Source: a virus
DNA length: 52,479 nt
Strand: one strand, 5' to 3'
IMG/VR virus record: IMGVR_UViG_3300045988_166053
Shown here: one piece after another, positions 17,695 to 26,781 of the stretch
Position numbering within the stretch: position 1 is the stretch's first letter
Layout of the letters: each line of letters opens with the position of its first letter
Program-made: the position numbers and the translations under genes
The notes under the pieces: generated by a model
What the model was told of the DNA's origin: nothing
The model's database searches: none
What the model saw: only the letters and a program-made list of their open reading frames with translations

Positions 17695-18517
17695 CCTCGC
17701 CAGCCTTAGCGCGACGGCGTAGCTCCTTCACGATTCGCTGCATGGTCTCGTCAGTAAAGCTGATGTCTACGCAGATCAAACCACCGAGGTAGAACTTCGC
17801 ACCATGCCTCTTGTCCCAGAGCTCATGGAACTCCTCATACACGCCCATCTGCTGAAGCAGAGACTTCACGTTAGGAAGGCGCTGATGGGTCCACAGATAA
17901 CCCCTGTGGCCCTGGAACTCAGCGACAGCACACAAGTCCTTGGTCGGCCTGTAGGTCAACAGGCAGCTATACTTCGGCATAGTCGACTCAGCGTTTACCG
18001 GACGACCGGTATCCTTGACGTCATAGTCGACAACCTTGGTACCGCTCTCGTTCGGGCCAAACGGGCTGAGCTTGCCGACATCGAGGCTGCGCTCAGTTGT
18101 GATCTTCTGAGTGCCGACCTCCTCGTAATACTTGCCAGGCTGCTGCGGAGTCGGCTTCTGCTCAGGAGAAGCAATAAGCACGACGCGGTCGTAATCCTCG
18201 ATAGTCGGCTCAACGACATTCACGCCAAGCTCGCATACCACAGGTACCTGAGGAACAGCCTTGGCCTGCTCCTTTGCCTCGGCCAGCTCACGCTTCAGCT
18301 CGGCGATCTCCTTCTCACGAGCATCGTCAACAACAGTGGACTCGCGCTCGGGTTCAGGCTCCGGCTCAGGCTTCACCACCGCCGCCATCTTTTCTTTCTC
18401 TGCACGCCTGGCTTCGGCGATTGCCTTCTGTTGCTCTGGCCATGAGAGTCCTTCGAGCGATACGCCCAACCTATCGGCCTCCACGGCGATTGTCTCCTTG
18501 CTAAGAAAGCCTGCCAT
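17681..18517 (-). CDS. Hypothetical protein with a PEPEPE linker and a coiled-coil.
   Basis: 278-aa ORF. Confidence 0.45.
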   Translation of the reverse strand: MAGFLSKETIAVEADRLGVSLEGLSWPEQQKAIAEARRAEKEKMAAVVKPEPEPEPERESTVVDDAREKEIAELKRELAEAKEQAKAVPQVPVVCELGVNVVEPTIEDYDRVVLIASPEQKPTPQQPGKYYEEVGTQKITTERSLDVGKLSPFGPNESGTKVVDYDVKDTGRPVNAESTMPKYSCLLTYRPTKDLCAVAEFQGHRGYLWTHQRLPNVKSLLQQMGVYEEFHELWDKRHGAKFYLGGLICVDISFTDETMQRIVKELRRRAKAGEDEIL

Positions 18518-18583
18518 TCAGTTCTCCTTTCCATGACAGTATGCCTACAATGAGACCATAGCAGGATAACGCCATTACCACAA

Positions 18584-18622
18584 GAAAAAAAGGGCCACAC
18601 CACCCAGAGGTGGCATGGCCCT
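18584..18622 (-). terminator. Rho-independent terminator acting on the leftward transcript.
   Basis: Read on the minus strand: gggccatgccacc-tctg-ggtggtgtggccc followed by TTTTTTT. Confidence 0.6.
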
Positions 18623-18632
18623 GACAACAGGA

Positions 18633-19133
18633 TTACTCCTCGATAAGCTCTTCAATAGCATCCATAAGACGAGTGAAGCGCTTGAGAATCTTATACGGCG
18701 TGGAGTTGTTGCCAAGGAAGTCAGCGGCAGCCAGCTCGAGAACAAGCGCGGCGTTCATGTTGAACGTGCGCTCATCATCAGGATCAACTCCGTGATTGAT
18801 GAGAACTCCCCTGACGATGTTAGTCACGAGATCTGCGAGATCATTCGGCTTGATCTCTCCGCACACCCCGACGCCTCCATCGGATGCAATGACGATGTGC
18901 TTCTTGAACGGAAACACAAGATCAGTATCGCCATCGTCGATCAAGATGCGCGCGATGCTGGCGTCATTCTCTTTGGCCTTCTTGATGACTTCCTCGTTAC
19001 GGGCTGCCATCTTGTCCTTAATCTCCTCAGAAGTTCCGGACAGAACGTTGGAAACGTTCTCGTCGCCATACGCCTTGCGGACGTTATCTTCGATCGTCTC
19101 GCTACGATTCTTCTTGCTATCGTTCTCAGGCAT
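18633..19133 (-). CDS. Hypothetical protein.
   Basis: 166-aa ORF. Confidence 0.45.
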   Translation of the reverse strand: MPENDSKKNRSETIEDNVRKAYGDENVSNVLSGTSEEIKDKMAARNEEVIKKAKENDASIARILIDDGDTDLVFPFKKHIVIASDGGVGVCGEIKPNDLADLVTNIVRGVLINHGVDPDDERTFNMNAALVLELAAADFLGNNSTPYKILKRFTRLMDAIEELIEE

Positions 19134-19134
19134 G

Positions 19135-19464
19135 TTAGTTCCTTTCGATCTCGACTGTCACATCAGACAGCCATTTGGTAAATACATCCTTCAGCATGGC
19201 AGGAGCTTCTTTCAGATCTTCGATCTCCAGCTCCATCTCATCCTCAGAATCGTTCATCATCAAATCAAGCATGGACTTGAGTCCCTGATCCCATGTCGAT
19301 GGATACCTATCGCATGGGACAAACTCTGATTTGATTGGCTTCCCGTTCTTCGGATTCACCTTGGACAACGGTGACTTATCAATGGCGAGGCAGAGGCCAT
19401 TGGAGTATGGCCTCAGCCTCCAGCGCCTGCCGTTGTTAGGATTGGTGATGATGATCTTCATCAT
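19135..19464 (-). CDS. Hypothetical protein.
   Basis: 109-aa ORF. Confidence 0.4.
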   Translation of the reverse strand: MMKIIITNPNNGRRWRLRPYSNGLCLAIDKSPLSKVNPKNGKPIKSEFVPCDRYPSTWDQGLKSMLDLMMNDSEDEMELEIEDLKEAPAMLKDVFTKWLSDVTVEIERN

Positions 19465-19469
19465 TCTCC

Positions 19470-19697
19470 CTACAGTTCAGACGACAACTTACGCATCTTG
19501 TTGCGGACCTTTTTGCTTTTAGCCATGTAGGAACAGTGACGTTCCTGCACTACATCAAGAGCGAAGTCCAGATCATCGAGTGCTTCATTCGACTTGGCGA
19601 GTTCATCAGACAAGCTCATGACAGACTCTTCAATCTCGTTGATTCGCTCTGCTTTGCAAACACGTCCGTTGTTTTCAATCGGTTGGATAGACGTCAT
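19470..19697 (-). CDS. Hypothetical small protein.
   Basis: 75-aa ORF. Confidence 0.35.
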   Translation of the reverse strand: MTSIQPIENNGRVCKAERINEIEESVMSLSDELAKSNEALDDLDFALDVVQERHCSYMAKSKKVRNKMRKLSSEL

Positions 19698-19704
19698 ACG
19701 ACAC

Positions 19705-19941
19705 CTACTTCGTGACGTAGACGGTATCGCCTCGGGTGATAACCTTGACGTTCACGTTCAGCTTATCAGCTGCCTTACGGATAGACGCCGCCTTGTTGCT
19801 TGCGATCTTAAGATCGAACTTCTTCATCATGGCAGTAGCGGACTCGTCTGCCATGAAAGCCTCGAGCAGCTTCTCCCAATCATTCTCCTTTGTCGGAAGC
19901 TCGTCGATCTTCTCGAAACCGAAGTCAGTAATCTTAGGCAT
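19705..19941 (-). CDS. Hypothetical small protein.
   Basis: 78-aa ORF. Confidence 0.35.
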   Translation of the reverse strand: MPKITDFGFEKIDELPTKENDWEKLLEAFMADESATAMMKKFDLKIASNKAASIRKAADKLNVNVKVITRGDTVYVTK

Positions 19942-19957
19942 TGTGCCTCTCCTTTCG

Positions 19958-20761
19958 TTAAATGCTTAGCGCATTGTTTACCTTGAGATAATCAGAGTAG
20001 ATCTGATCTTCTGAGATGATTGTGTCTTTCGTTGTGGGCATCATGACGCAGTCCATGTACTCGGTGTACTGGTCCCACATCTTTGCGATGTCCATGACAA
20101 TATCGATCTCATCGATAAGATCTGCTCTGTCATATTGCTTTGAGAACTCCAGGCCGCACTGCGGCAGATAGAACATGATAGTTCCCGTCTTGATGGTGTA
20201 GCACACAGCCATCGCCGTAGCGATTTGCCAACGCTCCTCAAGCGGTTCATCACGCCCGATCATCGAGAGTCTCTGGAATGCCTGGCCTGCCTCGTAGCTC
20301 TTGATCTCCAAGATTTCATTCGGACCAGGATTGACATCGCCATTCTTATCGACAAGCTCGTCATCAAGATTGACGACCATCTTGGTACCAGGAAGCTGAG
20401 GGATATCCATGGCATCTGGCGAGAATCCAACGATGCCTCGCGTGATCAACTTGTCATCCCACTGATAGAACTCAGTGCCGTTGATTCTGTTGTACTCCTC
20501 GACGGCATAAGGTTCCATGATGTGACCGCGGGCCATCGGACCGAAGGATGACGTGTCGATATCACAGTTCATCTTCGAGCCATAGACCTTGGCAAACTGC
20601 AACGCATTGGGCAGTTTGATCTTGCCGGCTTTGATTCTCTTGTAATCGGTGATGAGGTTCTTTACCTCTGATGCCATGAGATGCTCTCGTCTTGCTGCTA
20701 ACCAGAGCTCACCCACGTTGTGCGACCAACTGCGTTTCTCGCAGAAGTTGGTCTTCTTCAT
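19958..20761 (-). CDS. YqaJ/lambda-Exo-like recombination exonuclease (PD-(D/E)xK).
   Basis: ARGHIMEPYAVEEY ... LEIKSYE (D...E.K). Confidence 0.45.
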   Translation of the reverse strand: MKKTNFCEKRSWSHNVGELWLAARREHLMASEVKNLITDYKRIKAGKIKLPNALQFAKVYGSKMNCDIDTSSFGPMARGHIMEPYAVEEYNRINGTEFYQWDDKLITRGIVGFSPDAMDIPQLPGTKMVVNLDDELVDKNGDVNPGPNEILEIKSYEAGQAFQRLSMIGRDEPLEERWQIATAMAVCYTIKTGTIMFYLPQCGLEFSKQYDRADLIDEIDIVMDIAKMWDQYTEYMDCVMMPTTKDTIISEDQIYSDYLKVNNALSI

Positions 20762-20833
20762 ATCAGATCTCCGTTCTTAAATAGTTATCCCAGTAAGCCG
20801 GGGACCTTTCGATCCCCGGCTCTGGGAACTAGG

Positions 20834-21307
20834 TTAGTCCAGGTAAGAGGCGATCTCTTCGATCAGCTCTTCCGGATCAACACTGAGGATGTTGCCGATC
20901 TCGAGAGTGTCGACACGGACAACCTTGGAGCCCTCGACGAAGCGCTCAACCTTGAACCACTCGAAGGCATCCTCGAAGTCAGAGATGACATCGTTGATCT
21001 TCTCGGACTTATCGAGCTCACGGATCTCACTGAGGATCTGCTTACCCTCAGCGACCTTCTTATCGAGGGTCGGAGTGTCAGCCTTGACAGTCGGCACCAT
21101 GCGAATGGACTTGCGCACGAAGCCGTCGAGGCTACGCTCGGACGTCGGCTCGGGCTGCTCGTCCAGGTACATCAGCTTCTGGACGCAGGTCTCCAGATCA
21201 TTGATCTGCTCGGCCACACCGTCAGGAAGCGCGACGACGTTGTCGTCATTGTCGATCAGATAACCATCGACGAACTTGAGATCGGACTTGAGATACATCT
21301 TAGCCAT
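20834..21307 (-). CDS. Acidic hypothetical protein.
   Basis: 157-aa ORF. Confidence 0.4.
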   Translation of the reverse strand: MAKMYLKSDLKFVDGYLIDNDDNVVALPDGVAEQINDLETCVQKLMYLDEQPEPTSERSLDGFVRKSIRMVPTVKADTPTLDKKVAEGKQILSEIRELDKSEKINDVISDFEDAFEWFKVERFVEGSKVVRVDTLEIGNILSVDPEELIEEIASYLD

Positions 21308-21337
21308 GGTATGTTCCTTTCTTTATGGCTTGGTTTT

Positions 21338-22099
21338 CTAGAAGGGAATGTCCTCGTCGTAAACCTCTACAGGGACTTGCGCTCTTTGCGCAACCTGAGG
21401 ATTCTGAGCCGGCGCTGCATACTGAACTGTTGCTCCGGGAAACTGCTGCTGCATGACAGCTGCCTGCTGCTGTGGCGTCATCACCGCCTGCTGCTGAGGC
21501 ATCATCGGCTGCGGCATAGCCTGCTGCGGAACTGGCGCCTGCATGGCTGGAGCCGGACGAGCAGCCTGCTGCGCCTGATACTCCTGCTGAACTTGCTGCT
21601 GATTGCGCTGCATAGATGCGGCAGAGTCAGTCACCTCATAGCCGAAGCCCTCGACTCGCGGCATCTTCTCGCCAATCTGGACAGACCAGGGACGAGGGTT
21701 AGACGCCGAGTAGCCGAAGCCTTGCGGCGGCTGCTGCGTAGTCACCGTGATGTGGTAACCCATGCAATCCGCAATGCTGGTAGCATTCGGATTGACAGCA
21801 AGGATAGCCTGCATCACCTGGTTGAACGCAGAGGTCGGACGCTTCTTGGAAATCGAGAAGGTCCAGTCGAAGCAGTTGCCCGCAGTATCGGCCACGGTGA
21901 ACTTGATGTTGCGCACGGGATTGCCGTCATCCCAGAACTTCGGCGCACCCTGCTTGCCATCCTGCGAGAAGTTGTGTGCGATCGGCGTGTCGATCCCGAC
22001 TACCTGTCCATCAAGGACCAACGAGTAGCCATCCTTCTCAGGACTGTGATAGTTCCAGGAGTTGCCGGAACCACCGCCGTTGAAGTCTAATACACCCAT
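21338..22099 (-). CDS. SSB-like protein. It has a Q/P-rich linker and a C-terminal DEDIPF tail; the N-terminal domain is atypical.
   Basis: The C-terminus ...VEVYDEDIPF mimics the bacterial SSB tail DDDIPF, with a long Gln/Pro-rich disordered region before it. Confidence 0.45.
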   Translation of the reverse strand: MGVLDFNGGGSGNSWNYHSPEKDGYSLVLDGQVVGIDTPIAHNFSQDGKQGAPKFWDDGNPVRNIKFTVADTAGNCFDWTFSISKKRPTSAFNQVMQAILAVNPNATSIADCMGYHITVTTQQPPQGFGYSASNPRPWSVQIGEKMPRVEGFGYEVTDSAASMQRNQQQVQQEYQAQQAARPAPAMQAPVPQQAMPQPMMPQQQAVMTPQQQAAVMQQQFPGATVQYAAPAQNPQVAQRAQVPVEVYDEDIPF

Positions 22100-22114
22100 G
22101 AGACATTCCTCTCT

Positions 22115-22429
22115 CTAGTCGTTGAATGCGTAGTTCAACGCATCCTCTTCACTACCATCAGGACCCCACAAGGGGAGATAGTTGAATACGGTTTTAATTT
22201 TATCATTGAAGTAGTCCTCGTCATAACGAGTCTCATCAATCGAGATCGTCTTGTCAGCGATCTTATCCTCAAGCAGCCTGCCTACGTTTTGCTGGAACTC
22301 CTCCTCATCGCAAGCTCCGTACTTGACCCAGGCCCAAATGCAGAAGTTGACCGCATCACAGTTGCGGGAACCTTTGCACATGAAGTCATGGTCCTTGAAG
22401 TAGTTCTTAAAGAACTTATCAGAATCCAT
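22115..22429 (-). CDS. Hypothetical protein.
   Basis: 104-aa ORF. Confidence 0.35.
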   Translation of the reverse strand: MDSDKFFKNYFKDHDFMCKGSRNCDAVNFCIWAWVKYGACDEEEFQQNVGRLLEDKIADKTISIDETRYDEDYFNDKIKTVFNYLPLWGPDGSEEDALNYAFND

Positions 22430-23217
22430 TACTCATGCTCCTTAATCCAATTGTCGATTGTAGATGCGAGTGCCGAGTAGTCCTCGACGAATGCGTCGTA
22501 TGCCTGACCGTAGTTCTCGGTCTTGAACATCTTGCCATTGTCGATTGTCTTGTCGATCATCATCTTGTAAAACTTAGCAAGCGGCAGCATGTCATACCCT
22601 CGGCTGGCATACTTGAGCACGCGCTCCCACTGACGCAGGTAACGAGCGACCTCCCAGGTGGCATAGTTGTAATAGCGGAACTGGTTTGGGATCGCCGTCA
22701 TCGGATCAGACTCCGACACACCGAGCACGTCGACCATGTCCTTTCGGACTATCTGCTGCTCACGCATATCCAGATAGTTCCCGGACAGGATGTCGTAGCC
22801 CTTCATGATGATGCTCATATCAAACGTGCCGAGTACCGCACCGACGGTATTGCACAGCTGACCACGATGATTCTTAGTGGAGACGTTTACAATCACGTCG
22901 TCATCATCGCTTCCGAACTTCAGAGTGATCAGCTTGCCACGACCATAACCACCATGGAGCAGGGAACCAATCTTGGATTCTTCGCCGGCCGTGAACTCCG
23001 GACGATCTCCCTTCGGCACGAGATTCATCTTGTTCATAAGGTAGCCCACTGCATAGCACTGAGCCTCACGGCTGTAGCAGAACACATCGATGTCGGGCTT
23101 GGTATCCCAGTTGTCGAAGTCGGTGATCTCACCGAACAGACTTCCGGTTATGCAACCATCGATGTCAGATTCTACGAGCTGCTGGAAACGCTTCCAGATG
23201 TCGTCTTTGAAAGACAT
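22429..23217 (-). CDS. Pol-beta-superfamily nucleotidyltransferase-like protein.
   Basis: GS...DFD/DID motif (CITGSLFGEITDFDNWDTKPDIDVF). The spacing is slightly off canonical. Confidence 0.35.
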   Translation of the reverse strand: MSFKDDIWKRFQQLVESDIDGCITGSLFGEITDFDNWDTKPDIDVFCYSREAQCYAVGYLMNKMNLVPKGDRPEFTAGEESKIGSLLHGGYGRGKLITLKFGSDDDDVIVNVSTKNHRGQLCNTVGAVLGTFDMSIIMKGYDILSGNYLDMREQQIVRKDMVDVLGVSESDPMTAIPNQFRYYNYATWEVARYLRQWERVLKYASRGYDMLPLAKFYKMMIDKTIDNGKMFKTENYGQAYDAFVEDYSALASTIDNWIKEHE

Positions 23218-23244
23218 TGTTCTCTCCGTTCATCAGTCTTTCGT

Positions 23245-23403
23245 CTATTCGTCGAGGTGCTCGTATCCACCTGCGGCTGCGAGCTCCTTAAGAGCCTTCT
23301 CCTTTTCCTCTTCGGAGTAATCATCGCTGTGCATGATCTCTCCGAATTGGGACTTGGTCATGCGCTTGTAAGCCATGGCCTTCATGAAATCGAGCAGGTT
23401 CAT
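23245..23403 (-). CDS. Small acidic protein (52 aa).
   Basis: Starts at the ATG overlapping the PrimPol stop (ATGA) after RBS GAGGAGGAAGGG. Confidence 0.35.
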   Translation of the reverse strand: MNLLDFMKAMAYKRMTKSQFGEIMHSDDYSEEEKEKALKELAAAGGYEHLDE

Positions 23404-24203
23404 CCCTTCCTCCTCTCGATGTAATCGAGCATGTAGTTCCATATCTCGTCCGTCATAGGTGACGGCTTGAGACCGTTGTAGATCTTGTTCTTGCAATGGC
23501 GCAGCGAGTTCGCCGTGTTGCCCACGATATCTATGTGAGCCTCGGGAAAGTGCATCGTCGGGATCAGCCTGTCTACCGAGAAGATCAGGTGATAGCTAGT
23601 CGGCAGAGCTAAGAGCTTGAGGTCATACGAATCAGGGCTCACATGATCGAGCACTATATCTCGTTTATAGAAGGACGCTGTTAGGTCCATGAGCGGAGCA
23701 AAGGCTTCGATGACATCGATGTCAAGCTCGCCCTCATGGTCACCGTCTACGTCTATCGCGATGAGCTTAGTGCCCTTGAGATTCTCTGATACGTATTTTG
23801 ACTTGACGACTTTCCCTCGGAAGATCCTCGAGAAATGCTGAGCATCAGCCAGGCTCATGCAACCGAGTGACCAACGGATCATCGGTCGCATGTTCTTATC
23901 CATCGGCACCCACCTGTTTGCAATCTCCGGCTGATTGAGATACGGATGAATCGGATAATCCGAATACGGAATAGTCTTCGACCTGAGCTCGCTCGGTATC
24001 ATGAGGGCAGACTGAGAACCTTGTTGGTACAGCTGCCTGTTATGCACGCCGTTCCAGAAGTTCTGTTCGTCTTTGCCTCTGATGAAATGGCCATTGGCAT
24101 AGACCTCGGATACTACATCCTCGATCTTTCTACCCTTCAGTCCTTGACGGTACATCCAGGTATAGATCGATCCTTCTTTCGGAGGGCACGGATCCTCTGT
24201 CAT
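23400..24203 (-). CDS. Archaeo-eukaryotic-primase-type primase-polymerase (PrimPol).
   Basis: Motif I LIAIDVDGDH (DxD) and motif II YHLIFSVD (sxH). Confidence 0.5.
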   Translation of the reverse strand: MTEDPCPPKEGSIYTWMYRQGLKGRKIEDVVSEVYANGHFIRGKDEQNFWNGVHNRQLYQQGSQSALMIPSELRSKTIPYSDYPIHPYLNQPEIANRWVPMDKNMRPMIRWSLGCMSLADAQHFSRIFRGKVVKSKYVSENLKGTKLIAIDVDGDHEGELDIDVIEAFAPLMDLTASFYKRDIVLDHVSPDSYDLKLLALPTSYHLIFSVDRLIPTMHFPEAHIDIVGNTANSLRHCKNKIYNGLKPSPMTDEIWNYMLDYIERRKG

Positions 24204-24206
24204 GTG

Positions 24207-25334
24207 TTACTCCTTCATGCACTTGGCCCAGCCAGTCTTGTATTCCTTCTCGCAGTTAGGCGAGCAGACATCTACCCACTGGGTAAAGCCAGTGCGATCC
24301 TTTGCGTACACGTGATAGCACCAGAGCTTGCCTACGCTCGGCGGATTCTCTTTGACGGCAGTGTTAATCACGTCATCATATCCGCTCCAGGGCGCATCGT
24401 AATCTCCAAAGGAGATAACGTTATCGAAGCTCCTGCCGCAGACATGCTCCTTGATGATCTTGCTGAACTCTTGGGCCTCCTGCCCACGAGGACACATTCT
24501 GCGTAGCTTGCTAGGCGAGGGCAGCTTGTCGCCCTTGGCAAACCACACGCTGTGCGCAGCATGTACGATGAGGTCAGCGTTGGCCTGCTCCCTCATGGTG
24601 TCTACCATCTTGAGAAGCGTGTCGGCTACGCCCCACGGGATTGATGCAGAGACATCCAGGATCAGCAGGTTCGATGACGGCAGTTCATTATCGAAGTTAC
24701 CGACGCAGCATCCGAGCTTCTTGTTATAAGAATCACGGAACCTTAGCGACTGCATGATGTTGTAGCGGATGTTGTCCTCGATCTCACCCAGGAACTTAGG
24801 CATAAGCCCCATCTCTGAGATGATCTCGGGATCAACCTTAGACAGACTGCTACCAAGGAAGTCTTCGATGCTGATGTTCTCTTCCTGCTTCGGCGAAGCG
24901 TCGCCACCACACCTGCGAAGAACATTCGCAGAGTCAGTTTGCACTTCGTCAAAGTCCTCGTCGACATCTTGACCAACTGGATCGAACTCATCACTGTCGA
25001 CAAGCTCAAGACTAGTGACGCTTCCGTTATTGATGTTCCATTCGCTGTCCTTCTCAACGGCATAGCCCACTGGCGGCGGAGTGATGACGGTGACTTCCCT
25101 GATCTTGCCACGCTTGATGCGGCACATCCTGTCCCAATCAACGCCAGGCATTGCCTTTTCCAACACAGGCAGCATGATGGAAAGGATCAGGTCAGTATCA
25201 GTTCCATAGAACCATTTGATGTATGGGATGCCAGAAGTGCGACAAGTGTCGACAGCTTCCTGATTCTGGCAGACATACACCTCGGGCAACGCAAGGTTAC
25301 CGAGTTTGAGCCTGTGCATCTTGATCATGTTCAT
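24207..25334 (-). CDS. vWA-domain protein with a MIDAS motif in its C-terminal half.
   Basis: LLILDVSASIP (DxSxS), followed by a helix and then the beta strand ADLIVHAAHS. Confidence 0.45.
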   Translation of the reverse strand: MNMIKMHRLKLGNLALPEVYVCQNQEAVDTCRTSGIPYIKWFYGTDTDLILSIMLPVLEKAMPGVDWDRMCRIKRGKIREVTVITPPPVGYAVEKDSEWNINNGSVTSLELVDSDEFDPVGQDVDEDFDEVQTDSANVLRRCGGDASPKQEENISIEDFLGSSLSKVDPEIISEMGLMPKFLGEIEDNIRYNIMQSLRFRDSYNKKLGCCVGNFDNELPSSNLLILDVSASIPWGVADTLLKMVDTMREQANADLIVHAAHSVWFAKGDKLPSPSKLRRMCPRGQEAQEFSKIIKEHVCGRSFDNVISFGDYDAPWSGYDDVINTAVKENPPSVGKLWCYHVYAKDRTGFTQWVDVCSPNCEKEYKTGWAKCMKE

Positions 25335-25344
25335 GTCCTCTCTT

Positions 25345-26274
25345 CTAGAGCTTCACTGACTCGAGCATCGGCTTGATGACATCGTCCCATTCATCCATGC
25401 TCATAAGCATGTTCATGAGGGTAGATGTATCAGACGTCTTTCCACTTGCAAGTCTATTGATCTCGCTGAGTACAACGATGTTCTCATCTTCTGTATCGCT
25501 TATGCCCTTGATGACTGCTTCAACTTTCTCAGTGAACTTGCTCATGCTGCTCGCCGAGACTCCCTTTGCAGACATGATGAGAGACTTGACGAGCCTGCTA
25601 TTGATGTGTGCATCCAACAGGAACTCTTCGAGACACTCGTCATCGATATTGTTCCTGATGAATGTGCAGAGCTTGGTCACTGTTCTCGGTGTCTGTGAGT
25701 TCCAACCTGCGACAGTGGTATCACAAGCATCGATCTCATTCTGCATACTGTCTTCGATGATGATGTTCTGGCTATCTCTCATGTACTGTTTCCACTCGGC
25801 AAAGCTGAACTGCATACCGATGAACAGGAACCTGTCACGGATAGCAGCAGGCAGCTGGCTCGGATTAGCCAATGGATTTGCGGCAGCCACGATCATGACA
25901 TCAGGCAAGGGCTTATCACTCATGAGCCTTCGCTCTTGGATCAGAGTAAGGCAGGCAGAAAGAACCTGCTGCTGACCCTGAAGCAGCTCATCGAAGAACA
26001 GGATGTCTCCGTCTTTCAGTGATGACAGACGAACGTGATCATAGACCGTCATGCCGCCGGCCTCCTTGTCAGGCATAGTGATGCCAGACACCTCGGACGG
26101 AAGGATCTGCGAGGCAATGATATGCACTACCTTCTTGCCTCGGTCCTTTGCATAGCGCTCGATCTCATGGGTCTTACCGATACCAGGACAACCCATGAAG
26201 CACGGCACGATCTGATCACGCACACCGTCTTTGTCGATCATCTCCAAGAAATGGTAGATGTCTTTTGTTTTCAT
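25345..26274 (-). CDS. AAA+ ATPase (MoxR/ChlI-like), partner of the vWA protein.
   Basis: Walker A GCPGIGKT, Walker B ILFFDEL, sensor-1 AAANP. Confidence 0.6.
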   Translation of the reverse strand: MKTKDIYHFLEMIDKDGVRDQIVPCFMGCPGIGKTHEIERYAKDRGKKVVHIIASQILPSEVSGITMPDKEAGGMTVYDHVRLSSLKDGDILFFDELLQGQQQVLSACLTLIQERRLMSDKPLPDVMIVAAANPLANPSQLPAAIRDRFLFIGMQFSFAEWKQYMRDSQNIIIEDSMQNEIDACDTTVAGWNSQTPRTVTKLCTFIRNNIDDECLEEFLLDAHINSRLVKSLIMSAKGVSASSMSKFTEKVEAVIKGISDTEDENIVVLSEINRLASGKTSDTSTLMNMLMSMDEWDDVIKPMLESVKL

Positions 26275-26289
26275 TCTTCTCTCCGTTCT

Positions 26290-26781
26290 TTAGTACCTTT
26301 GGCAAGGCTCGTCGGTCTCAGCGACTATCTTGCTAACGATTTTCTTAGCTTTCTCTGTGAAGCGTACTGTTGTACTCACCTCCTTAATTGCAACGATGTT
26401 GTCACCGTGCAATTCGAGGTACTCGTAGTTGATAGTCTCGACAGCTAACAGGAATCTCATCATCGTTCTGGCTAGATAGTCATCAGTAAAGCGGAAGCTT
26501 AGGATCTTGCCGACTGTCTTATGGAAACAACCTTCGAACTTGATGTGCCTGTCGTGGTCTTCATAGCGATTCGAATCGATATATTGGACCTCGTCTCTCA
26601 TGCTTAACGTGAAGTCCACGTCATCATCCGTGTCGTGGCCTGCAATGAGACTCGTAATGGTGCAATAGGACATCGGTATCACAACGCTATGACCTATTGC
26701 TTCATCGCCAGCATACAAATAGATCGAATTATCTTCGATGACTATTTGTATTCTTGTGGAGACAAGTTTAATGTCCATCAC
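26290..26781 (-). CDS. Hypothetical protein; paralog B of a tandem pair.
   Basis: Shares YLYAGDEAIGHSVVIPMSYC, NYEYLELHGDN and EKAKKIVSK with the upstream gene. Confidence 0.5.
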   Translation of the reverse strand: MMDIKLVSTRIQIVIEDNSIYLYAGDEAIGHSVVIPMSYCTITSLIAGHDTDDDVDFTLSMRDEVQYIDSNRYEDHDRHIKFEGCFHKTVGKILSFRFTDDYLARTMMRFLLAVETINYEYLELHGDNIVAIKEVSTTVRFTEKAKKIVSKIVAETDEPCQRY

